From positions 53,216,174-53,280,173 of the forward strand of contig NC_057728.1 in assembly GCF_004010195.1 (NCBI RefSeq): a DNA stretch of 64,000 nucleotides, in the 5' to 3' direction. Positions 63,122 to 64,000 of the stretch are shown in pieces (position 1 is the stretch's first letter; the number at the start of each line of letters is the position of its first letter). The stretch comes from Chiloscyllium plagiosum (taxonomy: Eukaryota). The notes under the pieces were generated by a model. That model had not been told where the DNA came from and ran no database searches. It was given only the letters and a program-made list of their open reading frames with translations. A program made the translations under genes and the position numbers.

Positions 63122-63805
63122 TGGATGTAGGTTTGCTCACTGGGCTGGAAGGTTCATTCTCAGATGTTTCGTCACCATACTAGGTAACATCTTTAGTGAG
63201 CCTCCAGATGAAGCACTGCTGACGTTTCCTGCTTTCTATTTATATGTTTGGGTTTCCTTGGGTTGATGGCATCATTTCCTGTGGTGACGTCATTTCCCGT
63301 GGCGATGCCATTTCCGGTTCTTTTTCTCAGGGAGTGGTAGATGGGATCCAAGTCAATGTGTTTGTTGATAGAGTTCCGGTTGGAATGGCATGCTTCTCGG
63401 AATTCTCGTGTGTGTCTGTGTTTGGCTTGTCCTAGGATGAATGTGTTGTCCCAGTCGAAGTGGTGTCCTTCCTCATCTGTATGTAAGGATACTAGTGAGA
63501 GAGGGTCATGTCGTTTTGTGACTAATTGATGTGCAGGTATCCTGGTGGCTAGTTTTCTGCCTGTTTGTCCAATGTAGTGTTTGTTACAGTTCTTGCAAGG
63601 TGTTTTGTAAATGACATTAGTTTTGCTTGTTGTCTGTATAAGGTCTTTCAAGTTCATTAGCTGATGTTTTAATGTATTGGTTGGGTTTGTGGGCTACCAT
63701 GATGCCAAGGGGTCTGAGTAGTCTGGCAGTCATTTCCAAAATATTTTTGATGTAGGGGAGAGTGGCTAGGGTTTCTGGACGTGCTTTGTTTGCTTGTTTG
63801 GGTTG
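63122..63805 (-). mobile_element. Penelope (Poseidon-type) 3' fragment with GIY-YIG endonuclease and pLTR
   Basis: NVIYKTPCKNCNKHYIGQTGRKLATRI. Hammerhead-like motif with mutated core at 63159-63200. Confidence 0.9.
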
Positions 63806-63899
63806 ACTTTAACATAGACATAGTGAGAGGAGTGAATCAGAGAGAAGCAAAGTCACTTCAGGTAGTTGACTCAATCGTTACTTCTCTCTCCAGTCGCAG

Positions 63900-64000
63900 G
63901 TAGATAGGATAGATCATTAGACCATAAGGCATAGGAGCGGAAGTAAGGCCATTCGGCCCATCGAGTCCACTCCGCCATTCAATCATGGCTGATGGGCATT
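63900..64000 (-). mobile_element. CR1 3' tail (continues beyond the window)
   Basis: cataggagcggaagtaaggccattcggcccatcgagtc tail pattern. Confidence 0.7.

Overview
This is vertebrate genomic DNA, almost certainly from a cartilaginous fish (shark or ray). It is dense in elasmobranch-type repeats: HE1-like tRNA/V-SINEs, HER1-like CR1 LINEs, Deu-domain SINEs and Penelope-like elements (PLEs), plus Tx1, Rex/Babar and RTE fragments, two solo LTRs and two TA-flanked MITEs. Only one protein-coding gene is well supported. It is the 3' part of a + strand small leucine-rich proteoglycan (SLRP)/ECM2-like gene. An upstream exon (<1..513, very Lys/Arg-rich) splices across a 9.46-kb phase-2 intron to one large LRR exon (9972..11058), and the splice rebuilds a Cx3CxCx6C N-cap. 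The main non-coding signal is a set of minimal hammerhead-ribozyme motifs in several PLE families. These often sit in inverted (fold-back) insertions with 11-16 bp target-site duplications (TSDs), and some are nested. Also present are two degenerate ~21-22 bp minisatellite fields, weak minus-strand exon-like segments, and a 130-N assembly gap. Nothing prokaryotic (CRISPR, operons) is supported. Repeat boundaries and family names come from reading by eye and are approximate unless a TSD or terminal inverted repeat (TIR) is quoted.
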